From: Chthoniobacterales bacterium
GTDB taxonomy: Bacteria; Verrucomicrobiota; Verrucomicrobiia; Chthoniobacterales; Chthoniobacteraceae
Assembly: GCA_038207335.1 (NCBI GenBank)
Contig: JBBQZX010000002.1
Span: forward strand, 256,001-320,000
DNA length: 64,000 bases
Direction of reading: 5' to 3'
Shown here: positions 30,501 to 41,378 of the stretch, one piece after another
Layout: each line of letters begins with the position of its first letter
How positions within the stretch are numbered: the first letter of the stretch is position 1
Program-made: the position numbers and the translations under genes
The notes under the pieces: generated by a model
Seen by the model: only the letters and a program-made list of their open reading frames with translations
The model's database searches: none
Told to the model about the DNA's origin: nothing

Positions 30501-31076
30501 GACAAGTCCTTTGATTCCCTGCTTCTCCGATACCAAGCCCGACATCGACACCGTGTCGTCCGAGAGGTTTTTCGTTCCGCGCTCGTCGAGATTGCTCACG
30601 ATGTCGCCATCGATGCTCCCTTTCAGGACGACGCTGGCGTTCTTACCGAGCGACAGGCCCGTGAGCTCGTTGAAATCCACCTCATTGTTGAAATTCTTGT
30701 CCACAAAAAAGGCCACCACGTTGCCCTGCTTCACCTCCAGATAATTGCTAATGCCGTCCGCCCCGAAAATCTGGACGACATCGCCCTTGCCCAGCCGCAG
30801 GTAGAATGTATCCGCCGCTTCATTATGTGAAAACGGGCTCTCGCCCGGCCCGGGCGTCGTGGCCGGATTGTCCACCGTATTGCCTGGCCCGACCGCCGCA
30901 GAAATCGGGTCGGATGGATTCGCCTGTGTATCGACAAAAAGATTGTCCGCCGGATTCGCCTCGCGGTAGTTCGTATCGTTTCCCTGAAAATCAGGGATGC
31001 CGACAATGATGACGCGGGCGGGGGCGATGCGCGATTCGAGGGGTTCGATCGTGCCGGAGGAGAATATGCGCTTCAT
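27594..31076 (-). CDS. Giant Gly-rich repeat protein with LEPRxLL-like N-terminus (paralog)
   Basis: MKRIFSSGTIEPLESRIAPA; continuous AGxGG..GGxGG/beta-strand units; N- and C-terminal caps similar to the neighbour. Confidence 0.88.
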   Translation of the reverse strand: MKRIFSSGTIEPLESRIAPARVIIVGIPDFQGNDTNYREANPADNLFVDTQANPSDPISAAVGPGNTVDNPATTPGPGESPFSHNEAADTFYLRLGKGDVVQIFGADGISNYLEVKQGNVVAFFVDKNFNNEVDFNELTGLSLGKNASVVLKGSIDGDIVSNLDERGTKNLSDDTVSMSGLVSEKQGIKGLVVGGGGVGRAIISGGNIQNVVVNGNVGSILTGTAASGHRIDFFPGVAGGDGVLNVVQPIKKTGPSITNVSVNGVAGYVVDDSDPLSGNYGSLIEAGVGGNNAKGGSLDKIQVTSDSDGFILKSGGGGDGLNANNTGGAGGTINNVLIAGAKSDPTPNDLVQILSGNGGSSVSGKGGAGGKISNVFVGYQLLSGKPFFSDELPIDNYLIAGGAGGDGKNGGSGASVTGVTARYSTGDIAGDEFAVIGGAGGNNVFAKSGKAGNGGSVSNADISNNVLTPDSDLLLQGGAGGAALTFAKGGNGGNLTDITVLGSDFRIIGGDGSPGKTGGLGGSLKSITIEQGETVLAHNAEISAGFGGDGTGGNGGNGGQINDVLVVNGDFSVLRVNQGTQANGGDSTGGRGGNGGTVNLLRISDFDSTGANSFQGDFTLRAGDGGNGEKGGGNGGAVTKSNVDAQDLTADLQAGHGGNATLNGKGGNGGTIDGLAVSIDDSVNGLPVTGALRSGVGGDGAGKKGSGGKGGDIRSANLNAKGSVSLTAGDGGSGDLKAAGTGGSILVSGGFSSVGTGILQAGNGGLNGVGAGNGGNIQGTSSDKQSGLFAKNDLMVNAGNGTHGGSGGSIKYLGYGSAEEDLTPTPIGNITIQAGNGSAEGSKAGSGGSIFDVVGAVASTDTTQAIPPMFTTTIAAGNGGGTPGVNKTGAGGSINGLILERGGHLGALLTITAGDGGSSDVAKNGGKGGSVNAVSLQNIDAGTIFRSVAAGDGGSAVKKGGLGGTINDLKVSNLDVGVRSGQAYGYTTMGGLFAGAGGTASDARGKAGLAGNVTGVVAQSIAAIVAGKGALPQLVEKVDNIIIGQYTSNTLSIVTDLLDVAQGDLDTTETTGDPKYRAYIAARYAVGNLVGAAMDPTREDGNKFNWTDANSNGQIDAGDTVIDGLIAAKVLVQKNLNFTPEAYYNGISLFDHDNLFTVFP

Positions 31077-31211
31077 GGTGTGGATGACTGGTAAACTGTG
31101 GGAAAAGGAATTCAACAGAAAAGATAAATTTTTTTATCATTGACCACCGATCACTCGAGGATCGCGGTGATTTTCACAGGAGAGAGTGGCCCGAGGTCGG
31201 TGATAAAGATG

Positions 31212-31254
31212 AAAAAACTCCAGCTCTCCCCGGATTGTGGAGAACTGGAGTTTT
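31212..31254 (-). terminator. Rho-independent terminator after the DUF3467 gene (possibly bidirectional)
   Basis: AAAAAACTCCAGCTCTCC...GGAGAACTGGAGTTTT. Confidence 0.8.
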
Positions 31255-31331
31255 CGCATCGAGCCTGCGGACCGGGGGATCGGCAACTGGACTTTGAGCT
31301 GGCCATCAGACGGGCAGCCCGCACTTTTTTC

Positions 31332-31643
31332 TTACGACTGCGGAGCCGGCTGGTTCTTCAGGCGTTTCGTGACATCGAGCTCGATGCTCCCGTAGCGAGC
31401 CTCGTAGTTTTGGATCGTTGCAGTCAGATGGAGGCAGAGACGCTTCGCCGCGTCATGCGAGAGGATCACGCGATTGTCGAGCTTCAGCGGTTCATCGAGG
31501 ATGTTGCCAAAAAAATTGGGATTCAGTCCGAAATCGACGATGACCTCGTTCGGCGTCTGCGCGATCCGGCAGACGTTCGCATAGCTGGTGCGCAGGTTGC
31601 TAACGTCGATTTGGGGGGCGGTGGGTTTAGTTTCTTCGCTCAT
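31332..31643 (-). CDS. DUF3467-family protein
   Basis: SYANVCRIAQTPNEVIVDFG...RVILSHDAAKRL...YEARYGSI. Confidence 0.85.
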   Translation of the reverse strand: MSEETKPTAPQIDVSNLRTSYANVCRIAQTPNEVIVDFGLNPNFFGNILDEPLKLDNRVILSHDAAKRLCLHLTATIQNYEARYGSIELDVTKRLKNQPAPQS

Positions 31644-31745
31644 GATGGGGTTAAAAAGATTTTCGGAGCGGGAGAACTAACGGAGCCTATGTGCAGTCGC
31701 AAACTTTTTCTGCCTTGAAACGCTCGTCTCCGCTATTCTGCGCCG

Positions 31746-32276
31746 GTGGAGACCACCCCCGCGATGCTTCTGCGGAAAACCAAGCTGACCGAGACAAGCC
31801 TCATCATTACCTGGTTCACCGCCGCACACGGAAAAATCAAGACGGTCGCAAAAGGCGCACGCGCGCCGAAAAGCCGCTTTGCAGGGTCGCTTGATCTCTT
31901 TTTCGACTGCGAAATCGACCTCGTCCGCAGCAAGAAAAGCGAGCTTCACATCCTGCGCGAGGTCGTCGTGAAAAACGCGCACGTCGGCCTCCGCAGCGAG
32001 TTTGACCGCGTCGCCGCTGCCGCCTATTTCGTCGAACTCATCGAACTCGTCACTGAGCCCGACCATCCTGCGCCCGAGCTCTACGACCTGCTTCAGCGCG
32101 CATTCTTCCACCTCAGCGCCAACGCCGCATCGAAGCGCGCGCTCCTCCATTTCGAGTTCGAACTCGCGCGACTCCTCGGCATCCAGCATCCCTCCGCCAC
32201 CGCCGCCATCGCGCTCGGCCGCACCTATCACCACCTCCCCGCCGCCCGCGCGGGACTCTTGAAGCGGCTGCTGTGA
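31746..32276 (+). CDS. recO: DNA repair protein RecO (short form)
   Basis: ETSLIITWFTAAHGKIKTVAKGARAPKSRFAGSLDLF. Confidence 0.92.
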   Translation: METTPAMLLRKTKLTETSLIITWFTAAHGKIKTVAKGARAPKSRFAGSLDLFFDCEIDLVRSKKSELHILREVVVKNAHVGLRSEFDRVAAAAYFVELIELVTEPDHPAPELYDLLQRAFFHLSANAASKRALLHFEFELARLLGIQHPSATAAIALGRTYHHLPAARAGLLKRLL

Positions 32277-32350
32277 ACCACTGCAGCCAGGATTACTGAT
32301 CCCCGCTACAGCTTGACGCTCCCTCCCACACGCCGGACGCTGCGCTCAAA

Positions 32351-33145
32351 ATGCTCCCACTTTCCGGCACCGATTTTCCTGACTCCTCCCCCACCCTTGC
32401 TGCCGCCCTCGCTCGTGGCTTGGAAAATCACGGCGTCACCGTGCGCACCGTGCAAGCCGAGGGCGGCGCATTTCCAGCGATCGAAACCCTGCGCCTCGAC
32501 CTGACCGGCGCGAATATTACACGCGACCTGAAACTCTCGCACGAGAGCGCCCCGGCATCCGCCGAGATTCGCGTCGCAAATCTCTCGCTCATCGCCGCTC
32601 CACTCCTCCTCGAAAACACGCCCGTCCAGTTCGACCTCCACGCCACCCACGCCACACTCGCCCTCTCGCGGAACTCCGACGGACAGATCCTCCTGACACC
32701 CACGAGCGTCGCAGACGGCACGCTCACCGTCGCCACTGCACGCATAGACTTGGAGCGCCTCGCCCACTCGCTCATCTCCGAGGCGGCTGGAAAACAAGGC
32801 ATTCAGATCAAGGAAACCCGGCTCGGATTCACGCAAATCACGGCCCGCGCCGTCGGCTTCAAAGCGGAGATCAGCGCGAAGATGTTCGTCATGTCCGCGA
32901 AGATCGCCGTCACCGGAAAACTCGAGATCGATGACAAACTCGAAGCCCGCATCTCCAATCTCGGGTGCACAGGCGAAGGCATGATCGCAAGCGCAGCGAA
33001 CGCCCTGTTGAAGCCGCACTTCCAACGACTCGAAGGTCGCACATTTCCCCTGCTCGCAATCCGTCTCGGCGAAATCAGCCTCCGCGATTTCGCCATCATC
33101 GCCGGCGAAACCCTCCAAATCCGCGCTCACTTCGGAACTGCGTAA
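32351..33145 (+). CDS. Hypothetical protein
   Basis: 264-aa ORF with coding-like codon bias that fills the gap; no motif recognised. Confidence 0.7.
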   Translation: MLPLSGTDFPDSSPTLAAALARGLENHGVTVRTVQAEGGAFPAIETLRLDLTGANITRDLKLSHESAPASAEIRVANLSLIAAPLLLENTPVQFDLHATHATLALSRNSDGQILLTPTSVADGTLTVATARIDLERLAHSLISEAAGKQGIQIKETRLGFTQITARAVGFKAEISAKMFVMSAKIAVTGKLEIDDKLEARISNLGCTGEGMIASAANALLKPHFQRLEGRTFPLLAIRLGEISLRDFAIIAGETLQIRAHFGTA

Positions 33146-33187
33146 CGCGGGCCATCCCGCTCGGAACCTCGGGGGCTAAATGTCCCC

Positions 33188-35371
33188 TTACTTCGCCTTC
33201 GCCGTCGCCGGCACTTTCGCGCCGTGCGAAAACTCGACCAAGTCGGAGAGGACGTTCAGCGCTTCATTTCTGACTTCATCGACCATCGGCTTCTTTGGCT
33301 TCGCATCATCATCCGCGTCATCATCGTCCTCGGCTCCCGTCACCGATTTCTCTTCCGCATCAACCGTCCCGTCTTTCTTCTCCTCGTTGGTCACTAGTTG
33401 CAATTCCGGCTTGGACACATTGTCGAGCGTGATCGTGAACCGCTTCGGCTCCGGCACTTCCCGTTTCGCTCGTTCGGCGATTCGCTTCTCTTTCCTCGCC
33501 TTCTCCTCCTCAATCTCCGCTCGGCGCTTCTCGACGTTCAGGCTTACGCTATTCTCCGCGATCCGCTTCTTTGATTGGTCGAGGTCTTCCGTGATGTAGC
33601 CGAATTCAGGATCGACTGCGACCCGAGCCGCCGAACGCTGCCGCAACTCCGGCTTGTAAAGCGGCTTGTCCACGCGGTCATATTGCACGGGGTCCACCGT
33701 GTCATAAGGCATCGGCCCTTTCATTGCCGACTCCCCGATTTCGGGATGATCGAACGGAGACGGAATCTTCACATCCGGCTCCACTCCGCGGAGCTGAGTC
33801 GAACCACCGGCGACCCGGTAAAATTTCTGGATCGTCAGCTTCAAAGCGCCCGCTTCGTTCGTGCCGCCGCCGAGGAACGGCATGATGCGTCCGATTTCCA
33901 GCATCGTCTGCACCGTCCCTTTTCCAAACGTGCTCGAGTCGCCGACGATCACCGCGCGATTGTAGTCCTGCAGCGCTGCCGCGAAAATCTCGCTCGCCGA
34001 CGCGCTCAGCCGATTGGTCAGCACGACCATCGGTCCGTCGTAGGCAATCATCGAGTTGTTATCCTTTGAGATATGCTGGCTGCCGTTGCTGTCTTTCGAC
34101 TGGACGACCGGACCGCGCTTGATGAATAGCCCGGTGAGATTGACGGCTTCCTCTAGCGAGCCGCCGCCATTGCGCCGCAGGTCCATCACGAGGCCGGTGA
34201 TTCCCTCCTGCTTCAGCCGGTTCAGCAGCGCAAGCACATCTTTCGTCGTGCTCTTCGCGCCCGCCGCACCGCTGTGCTCCATGTCCGCATAAAACGACGG
34301 CAACGTGATCCAACCCAGCCGCTGCACCGAGCCATCCGGTTGCGGACGCTCGATGATTTCCGCCTTCGCCTCCTGCTCCTTGAGTTTGATCTCGTCGCGC
34401 TTGATCTCGATGATTTTGCGCGTCGAGGGGTCCGCCGCATTCACCGGAATCACCTGCAGCCGCACGTTCGTGTCCTTTTTTCCGCGGATCATCTCGACCA
34501 CTTTGTCGAGTTTCATATCCATCGCATCCACGAAGTCCTCCGCTCCCTGCGCCACCGCCACCACACGGTCGCCCACTTTGAGATGCCCCTCTTTCGCCGC
34601 AGGTCCACCGGGCACGAGTTCCATGATTTTCGCATAACCCTCCTCCGAGTGCAGCACCGCGCCGATGCCCACCAGCGAGAGCCGCATATTGATCGAGAAA
34701 TTTTCCAGCTCCGACCGGCTCATATACTCGCTGTGCGGGTCATAGGTCTGCGCGAGGACGGTGAGAAAAGTCTTGACGACATCTTCCTTAGTCTGCTCGT
34801 GCAAATTTCGCAAAAGCTGATCGTAGCGGCGCGCAAGCACCTTCACTGGCGGGTCGATTTTGTGTTTGTTCAGCGTCTCCTGAAGCAGTTCGCCCTCGAC
34901 TCGGTCGGTCCAGATTTTATCCGCATCAGCCGCGTCTTTCGGCCAAGGCGCCTTCTGCCGATTGATCTCCACCGTGCGGTCCGTCTTGAACTCGTAATCC
35001 CTTTTCAGCAGTTCCTTCACCTGCGCCACGCGATCCTCCACGCGCTTTTTATAGACGTCGTAAATCGCATACGCAGCATCCGGATTTCCGAGGAGAATAT
35101 CGTCATCGAGCGTGGTCGCGTATTTTTTCGTGAAGCCATCGACATCGCCCTGCATGAAGAAAAGGTGATTGTAGTCGAGCCCTTCGAGGAAGTTTTTCAG
35201 AAGCTGCTGCGAGACTTTGTCATCGAGCTTTTTGCGGCTGTAATGCCCCTGCTCGAGCAGCCTCCCCACCGAGATTTCGATTTGCCCGGGATCCGGCTCT
35301 TCGGCGGCCAGAGGACCGGCAGAGACGCACAATGCCGCCAGCGGCAAGAGGAGAAAGCGGAGATGCTTCAT
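33188..35371 (-). CDS. prc: Carboxy-terminal processing protease (Prc/Tsp, S41)
   Basis: YDPHSEY, a PDZ domain, [32 protein letters not shown]. Confidence 0.95.
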   Translation of the reverse strand: MKHLRFLLLPLAALCVSAGPLAAEEPDPGQIEISVGRLLEQGHYSRKKLDDKVSQQLLKNFLEGLDYNHLFFMQGDVDGFTKKYATTLDDDILLGNPDAAYAIYDVYKKRVEDRVAQVKELLKRDYEFKTDRTVEINRQKAPWPKDAADADKIWTDRVEGELLQETLNKHKIDPPVKVLARRYDQLLRNLHEQTKEDVVKTFLTVLAQTYDPHSEYMSRSELENFSINMRLSLVGIGAVLHSEEGYAKIMELVPGGPAAKEGHLKVGDRVVAVAQGAEDFVDAMDMKLDKVVEMIRGKKDTNVRLQVIPVNAADPSTRKIIEIKRDEIKLKEQEAKAEIIERPQPDGSVQRLGWITLPSFYADMEHSGAAGAKSTTKDVLALLNRLKQEGITGLVMDLRRNGGGSLEEAVNLTGLFIKRGPVVQSKDSNGSQHISKDNNSMIAYDGPMVVLTNRLSASASEIFAAALQDYNRAVIVGDSSTFGKGTVQTMLEIGRIMPFLGGGTNEAGALKLTIQKFYRVAGGSTQLRGVEPDVKIPSPFDHPEIGESAMKGPMPYDTVDPVQYDRVDKPLYKPELRQRSAARVAVDPEFGYITEDLDQSKKRIAENSVSLNVEKRRAEIEEEKARKEKRIAERAKREVPEPKRFTITLDNVSKPELQLVTNEEKKDGTVDAEEKSVTGAEDDDDADDDAKPKKPMVDEVRNEALNVLSDLVEFSHGAKVPATAKAK

Positions 35372-35529
35372 AGAATTTGGACGATCGAAATGGGCGGTGA
35401 CGGTGACAGGATTCGGGGAAAGAGCAAACGTGACTTACCAGCAAACGCAGACCGCGCGAGCGCCGTTTCGTTCAAGACTCACAGCGCCTTGCGCGACAGC
35501 GCGGTAGCGTGTCAACTCCCGCCCTTTCG

Positions 35530-36147
35530 ATGAAACTCGATACATTCACCGGGGGAATCTTTGACACGAATTGTTTCTACCTCGAGGGGGCGCGCATCCT
35601 CATCGACGCGCCGCAGGACGCCGCCGCGTGGCTCGCCGAGCGCGGACACAAGATCGAACTGCTGCTGCTCACCCACGGCCACATCGACCACGTCGTCGAT
35701 GCCGCGCGCATCCAGCGCGAGCACGGCTGCCGCGTCGGATACCATCGCGAAAGCGAGCAAATGCTCATCGATCCGCTCTTCTTTAAGCGGCTCGGATTCG
35801 GCTGGGAAATCGAACCCGTCCGCGCCGATTTTTTCATTGAGGAAGCGGACGCCGTGAAATTTCAAGGCGTCGAGTTTCAAACGCTTGACGTCCCCGGCCA
35901 TTGCCCCGGGAGCCTTTGTTTTCTGGCAAAGGAAGAGCGCATCCTGTTTGGCGGCGACGTTCTTTTCGCAGGCGGCGTTGGTCGCTGGGACCTGCCCGGC
36001 GGCGACGGTCCGCTGCTCTTTCGCGGCATTCGCGAAAAGATTTTCCCACTCGGTGACGACATCACCGTCCTCCCTGGCCACGGGCCCGCGACGAAGATCG
36101 GCATCGAGCGAAAATCCAATCCGTACGTCGGCGAAAGCGCCGCCTGA
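35530..36147 (+). CDS. Metallo-beta-lactamase-fold hydrolase (glyoxalase II-like)
   Basis: THGHIDH, PGHCPGS, GDVLF, PGHG. Confidence 0.92.
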   Translation: MKLDTFTGGIFDTNCFYLEGARILIDAPQDAAAWLAERGHKIELLLLTHGHIDHVVDAARIQREHGCRVGYHRESEQMLIDPLFFKRLGFGWEIEPVRADFFIEEADAVKFQGVEFQTLDVPGHCPGSLCFLAKEERILFGGDVLFAGGVGRWDLPGGDGPLLFRGIREKIFPLGDDITVLPGHGPATKIGIERKSNPYVGESAA

Positions 36148-36159
36148 AAAAACGCGCGT

Positions 36160-37358
36160 CTAAAAAAGGCCGTCGAGCTTGATCTGCGGCAGGATTTTAA
36201 CCGCAAGAAAACCGAGCGCCACGACGCCCGCCGCCACCAGCGCATAGACAAGCCGCGCCACGGCGTGTGTGCCTCTCATGCGAATCACTTCGCGCCGGTG
36301 ATGTTCGAGTTCGTCGTTCTGCCGGGCGATGATTCCGCGGAGCAACTCGTTGTCTTTTTTGACGCGATCGTCGCTCTCCTCCTCCGCCCGTTTTTCGGCT
36401 TCCTCCAAATGATGCCGCGTCGTTTTCAAAATCTCGCGGAGTTCGCCCCGCTCCAACTCGGACTTCACCAAATCCTCCGTCGCCTGCCGCGCAGCAGCCG
36501 CATCGCGCCGCTGCTGCGCCTCGACGTCGGCCAGCTTCACCTGCAACGCGACGAGTGCCCGCCCAGCCTTGGTTTTATCGAGGTTCGCGCGCAGTCCCGC
36601 AGCCTCGGCCGTCAGTTCATCGCGACGTCGCGCGAGAGCTTTTCCGGCATCTTCCGAGCGTTTGAACCGATCTTGAATCTCGCGAATTTCCCCCTCCAAA
36701 ATCGGCACGCGCTCACCCTTATCCACTGCGCTCGCCAACTCCGCGCGCACCGCATCGATCCCCTTTCGCAGCATCACGCTCTCGTCCTGAAGCGCCACGA
36801 CTTCCGCTTGATCGCCCGCCCTTGCGCTTCCGCCGCAGTCAATGCGGCGTGCGCATTTTCGAGGTCCGACTCTTTCGCTGAAATCTGCGTTTCCGCCGCC
36901 GAAGCGCGCGTCCTCGCAATCGCCAAATCCTGTGTCAGAGCTGCTTCGCGAGCCGCAGCCGCCCCTTCGCGACGCGCGCTTTCAGCCTCCAGCGCCGCGG
37001 CCTTTTCCTCCAGCCCGGAGTGCCGCTGCCGGAGCTGCGCCAGTTCGGATTTCAAACCAAGCCGTTCCGCTTGAAATGTTTTCAGCTCCGCCTGCGCATG
37101 AGTCGCCACGGACTTCAGCCGCTCGCATTCCGACACCACGGCCTCGAGATTTTCGCGGCTCTCCGTCAGGGCATCGGAGCCCCGAAGCCCCTCACCATAA
37201 CTGCGGTCGTGTATCGCTCGCGCCGCCGGCACAGTCATCGTCTCGCGACAACTCGGGCATTCCACGGCAACACCCGCCGCCTCCGCAGCCGTCACAATGT
37301 GCTGCCCGCACGTCGCGCAAGCGAACTTGATTTCGTCGATCATCTCCATGGCCTCCAT
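36160..37358 (-). pseudogene. Zinc-ribbon + coiled-coil + C-terminal TM protein, interrupted by a frameshift near 36810
   Basis: CATC...CPSC followed by heptad coil in one frame; the coil continues (QAEVVALQDES) in another frame to a TM anchor. Confidence 0.65.
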
Positions 37359-37502
37359 GCCTCCGATCCTTGCACCGCCCACGCGCGCATTCAACGCGAT
37401 TTTGCACTCACGGCGAGGGGAAAGGATTTCAACCGCGGCGGTTAAACCCCTGACGGCCCGCCGTTCTTGCCACGCCGGTACCGTGCGTTTATAAAATCCG
37501 CC

Positions 37503-38174
37503 ATGATTGACTACATGCAAAAGGGCGGGCCTCTCATGTGGCTCCTCCTGTTCTGCAGCGTGCTCGCGGGAGCGGTTTTCCTCGAGCGCGTCACCTACTT
37601 TCACCGCGCACACATCCGCGTCGGCGAATTCATGCGAGGCCTCGCAAACCTGCTCCAGCGCCGCAGCTTCGCCGAGGCGCTCCACGAATGTGCCGCCACT
37701 CCCGGCCCCGTCCCGCGCGTCATCCATGCCGCGATTTTGCGTCACGACGCGCCACGAGGTGAGCTCAAGGAAATCGTGCAGGAGGCCGGCCAGCTCGAGG
37801 TCCCGCGGCTCGAACGGCGGCTCGGAATGATCGTCACGATCTCATTCGCCGCGCCGCTCATCGGCCTGCTCGGCACCGTCATGGGCCTCATCCAGGCATT
37901 CGTCACGATCTCGGCGCAGAGCGGCTTCGCGAGCTCCACGGACATCGCGAACGGCATCTACCAGAGCCTCCTCACCACTGCCGCCGGCCTCGTCGTCGCC
38001 ATCCCGTGCGCCATCGGATACGGCTACCTTTCCTCGCGGGTAAATTCGCTTCTGCACGACATGGAACGAGCCGGCATCGAAGTCGTGAATCTCATTTGCG
38101 ATCATCGCAAAAGTCCCGACATCATCGGCTTTCCGCCCGCCGCAAACGCCCTGGCGCGCAAGCACGCCGAGTAG
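37503..38174 (+). CDS. exbB: MotA/TolQ/ExbB proton channel protein
   Basis: APLIGLLGTVMGLI and LLTTAAGLVVAIP. Confidence 0.9.
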   Translation: MIDYMQKGGPLMWLLLFCSVLAGAVFLERVTYFHRAHIRVGEFMRGLANLLQRRSFAEALHECAATPGPVPRVIHAAILRHDAPRGELKEIVQEAGQLEVPRLERRLGMIVTISFAAPLIGLLGTVMGLIQAFVTISAQSGFASSTDIANGIYQSLLTTAAGLVVAIPCAIGYGYLSSRVNSLLHDMERAGIEVVNLICDHRKSPDIIGFPPAANALARKHAE

Positions 38175-38195
38175 CGATCCCCACGATTCTTCGTC

Positions 38196-38600
38196 GTGAA
38201 ACTCACGCGCCAACTCCGCTTTCACCCGGCGCTCGTCAGCGTCGTTCCGTTCGTCAACGTCCTCTTTTTGGTCGTCGTGTTTTTTGCGCTCAGCTCACGA
38301 TTCGCCCTCCAGCCCGGCCTCGCGATCGCGCTGCCGAAGTCCTCCTTCACGCTCAGCCCGCCGCAGAATTCGCAACTCGTCAGCATCGTCGGCGCGCCCG
38401 TCCCCGCGATCTATCACCGGAATCAGAAAGTGACGCTAGAGGAGCTCACCGCCCGCCTCCGCGACCCGCGCATGAAAGTGCGCTCGCTCATCATCCGCGC
38501 CGATCGCGGGACGCCGTACGCATTCCTCAGCGACGTCATGAACGCCGGCCTGCGCGAGAGATTTTCCATCGTGCTCGCTACCGAGCTCGAGCCTCGATGA
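38196..38600 (+). CDS. exbD: ExbD/TolR-family protein
   Basis: VPFVNVLFLVVVFF, LPKSS, IIRADRGTPY. Confidence 0.85.
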   Translation: MKLTRQLRFHPALVSVVPFVNVLFLVVVFFALSSRFALQPGLAIALPKSSFTLSPPQNSQLVSIVGAPVPAIYHRNQKVTLEELTARLRDPRMKVRSLIIRADRGTPYAFLSDVMNAGLRERFSIVLATELEPR

Positions 38601-39340
38601 GACCGCCCGCGCCCGCGGATTCCGCGCTGGTTTTCGATTGGGAAAAGCCGCACGGACTTTTCTCGTGGTTGCCGATTTTCGTCTTCATCTCGGTCTTCGC
38701 GCACGCCGGCACCTTCTTCCTTTTTCAAGTCATTTATCCCGAACGCGCCACGATACCGCCTGCGCCGCCGGAGATTTCGGTCCTTCTGCCTTCGGAGGAA
38801 AATCAACCGCTCGTCCGGTGGATCGAAGCCGAGAATCCGGCGCTCATCGGCACCGCACAGCCACCCGTCCCTCCCGGTCTCGTGAAGGCCGAATATCGCC
38901 CGTCCTACGACGTCATCCGCACCGCTCCGCGCGGCCTCGCGGAGCCTCCGCTGCCATCCGGTTATCCGTCCGATCAATCGCCGCTCGACATCATTCGAAG
39001 CGCCGAGCCAAAGGCCATCCCACCATCTCCAGCACAAGATCCTCAGCCGATTACGCTCGATTTTTCGAGTGAGATTTCAGCGCGCGCGCCGGCTCAAAAA
39101 CCGCCGCTTAATTTTACAAAATCCCCCATCCCACTCGCCCCCGCACGCTTCCTCATCGGCGTCACCGATCGCGGCGAGGCACGCTTCGTTTTCCCGCAGC
39201 AATCCTCCGGCGATCCCGCGATCGACACCGAAGCCGCCGCCATCTTCACGCACCTCGCATTTTCACCGAACGAACGCCCGATCACATGGGGCTTCGCAAC
39301 ATTCCATTGGGGTGACGCAGCCTACTCGCCGGCAAAATGA
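38597..39340 (+). CDS. TonB/TolA-like protein
   Basis: TM helix with SxxxH (SVFAH), Pro-rich linker, QSSGDPAIDTEA C-terminal domain. Confidence 0.7.
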   Translation: MRPPAPADSALVFDWEKPHGLFSWLPIFVFISVFAHAGTFFLFQVIYPERATIPPAPPEISVLLPSEENQPLVRWIEAENPALIGTAQPPVPPGLVKAEYRPSYDVIRTAPRGLAEPPLPSGYPSDQSPLDIIRSAEPKAIPPSPAQDPQPITLDFSSEISARAPAQKPPLNFTKSPIPLAPARFLIGVTDRGEARFVFPQQSSGDPAIDTEAAAIFTHLAFSPNERPITWGFATFHWGDAAYSPAK

Positions 39341-39576
39341 TTCCCGTCACGCTCAACACCCTCCTTTTCGTTTACCTCGCGCTCATGCTCGCGCTTATCT
39401 TCGGCGCGTGGTTCATCTCGAGCTGGCGTCGCCAATTGCGCGAGCGCCGCGCTTTCCGCCACATCGTCCGCTGCGCCATGTGCGCCCATGAGTTCGAGGA
39501 CAAGGACGCCAGCCTCCTCGCACGCTGCCCGCGCTGCGCCAGCCTCAACGAACGCTACCGCCTCTCCCGTTTGTAG
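39337..39576 (+). CDS. Small membrane protein with zinc ribbon
   Basis: N-terminal TM helix, CAMC...CPRC; ATGA overlap. Confidence 0.75.
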   Translation: MIPVTLNTLLFVYLALMLALIFGAWFISSWRRQLRERRAFRHIVRCAMCAHEFEDKDASLLARCPRCASLNERYRLSRL

Positions 39577-39629
39577 AGCCCCCGAGTTTCCCGCTTTTCA
39601 CCGCCCGCCTCCTCCCGCTATCACCGCGC

Positions 39630-41192
<1,563 letters not shown>

Positions 41193-41378
41193 CGCGACGA
41201 AAACCACGAACGCACGATGAAAGACGTGGAAATACACGGCACTCAAAGGCCCGGCCTCATCCTCTCCCCTTCGTGCCCTCGTGACTTCGATGTTAAAGAA
41301 ATCGCGCGACCTGCGCAGCCACGATGACCCTCAAAAATCTCGCGCGCTTCACTTCAAATCTCTGTACTCCGGCCGGTC

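Noticed and set aside
22669..31076. PE_PGRS or RTX toxin assignment
   Set aside because: No PE domain and no GGxGxDxL nonapeptides; the similarity is limited to Gly-rich composition.
38006..38596. Upstream extensions of ORFs 38006-39340, 59981-61615 and 49238-50083
   Set aside because: The extensions overlap real genes in another frame; coupled starts at 38597, 60764 and 49810 fit better.
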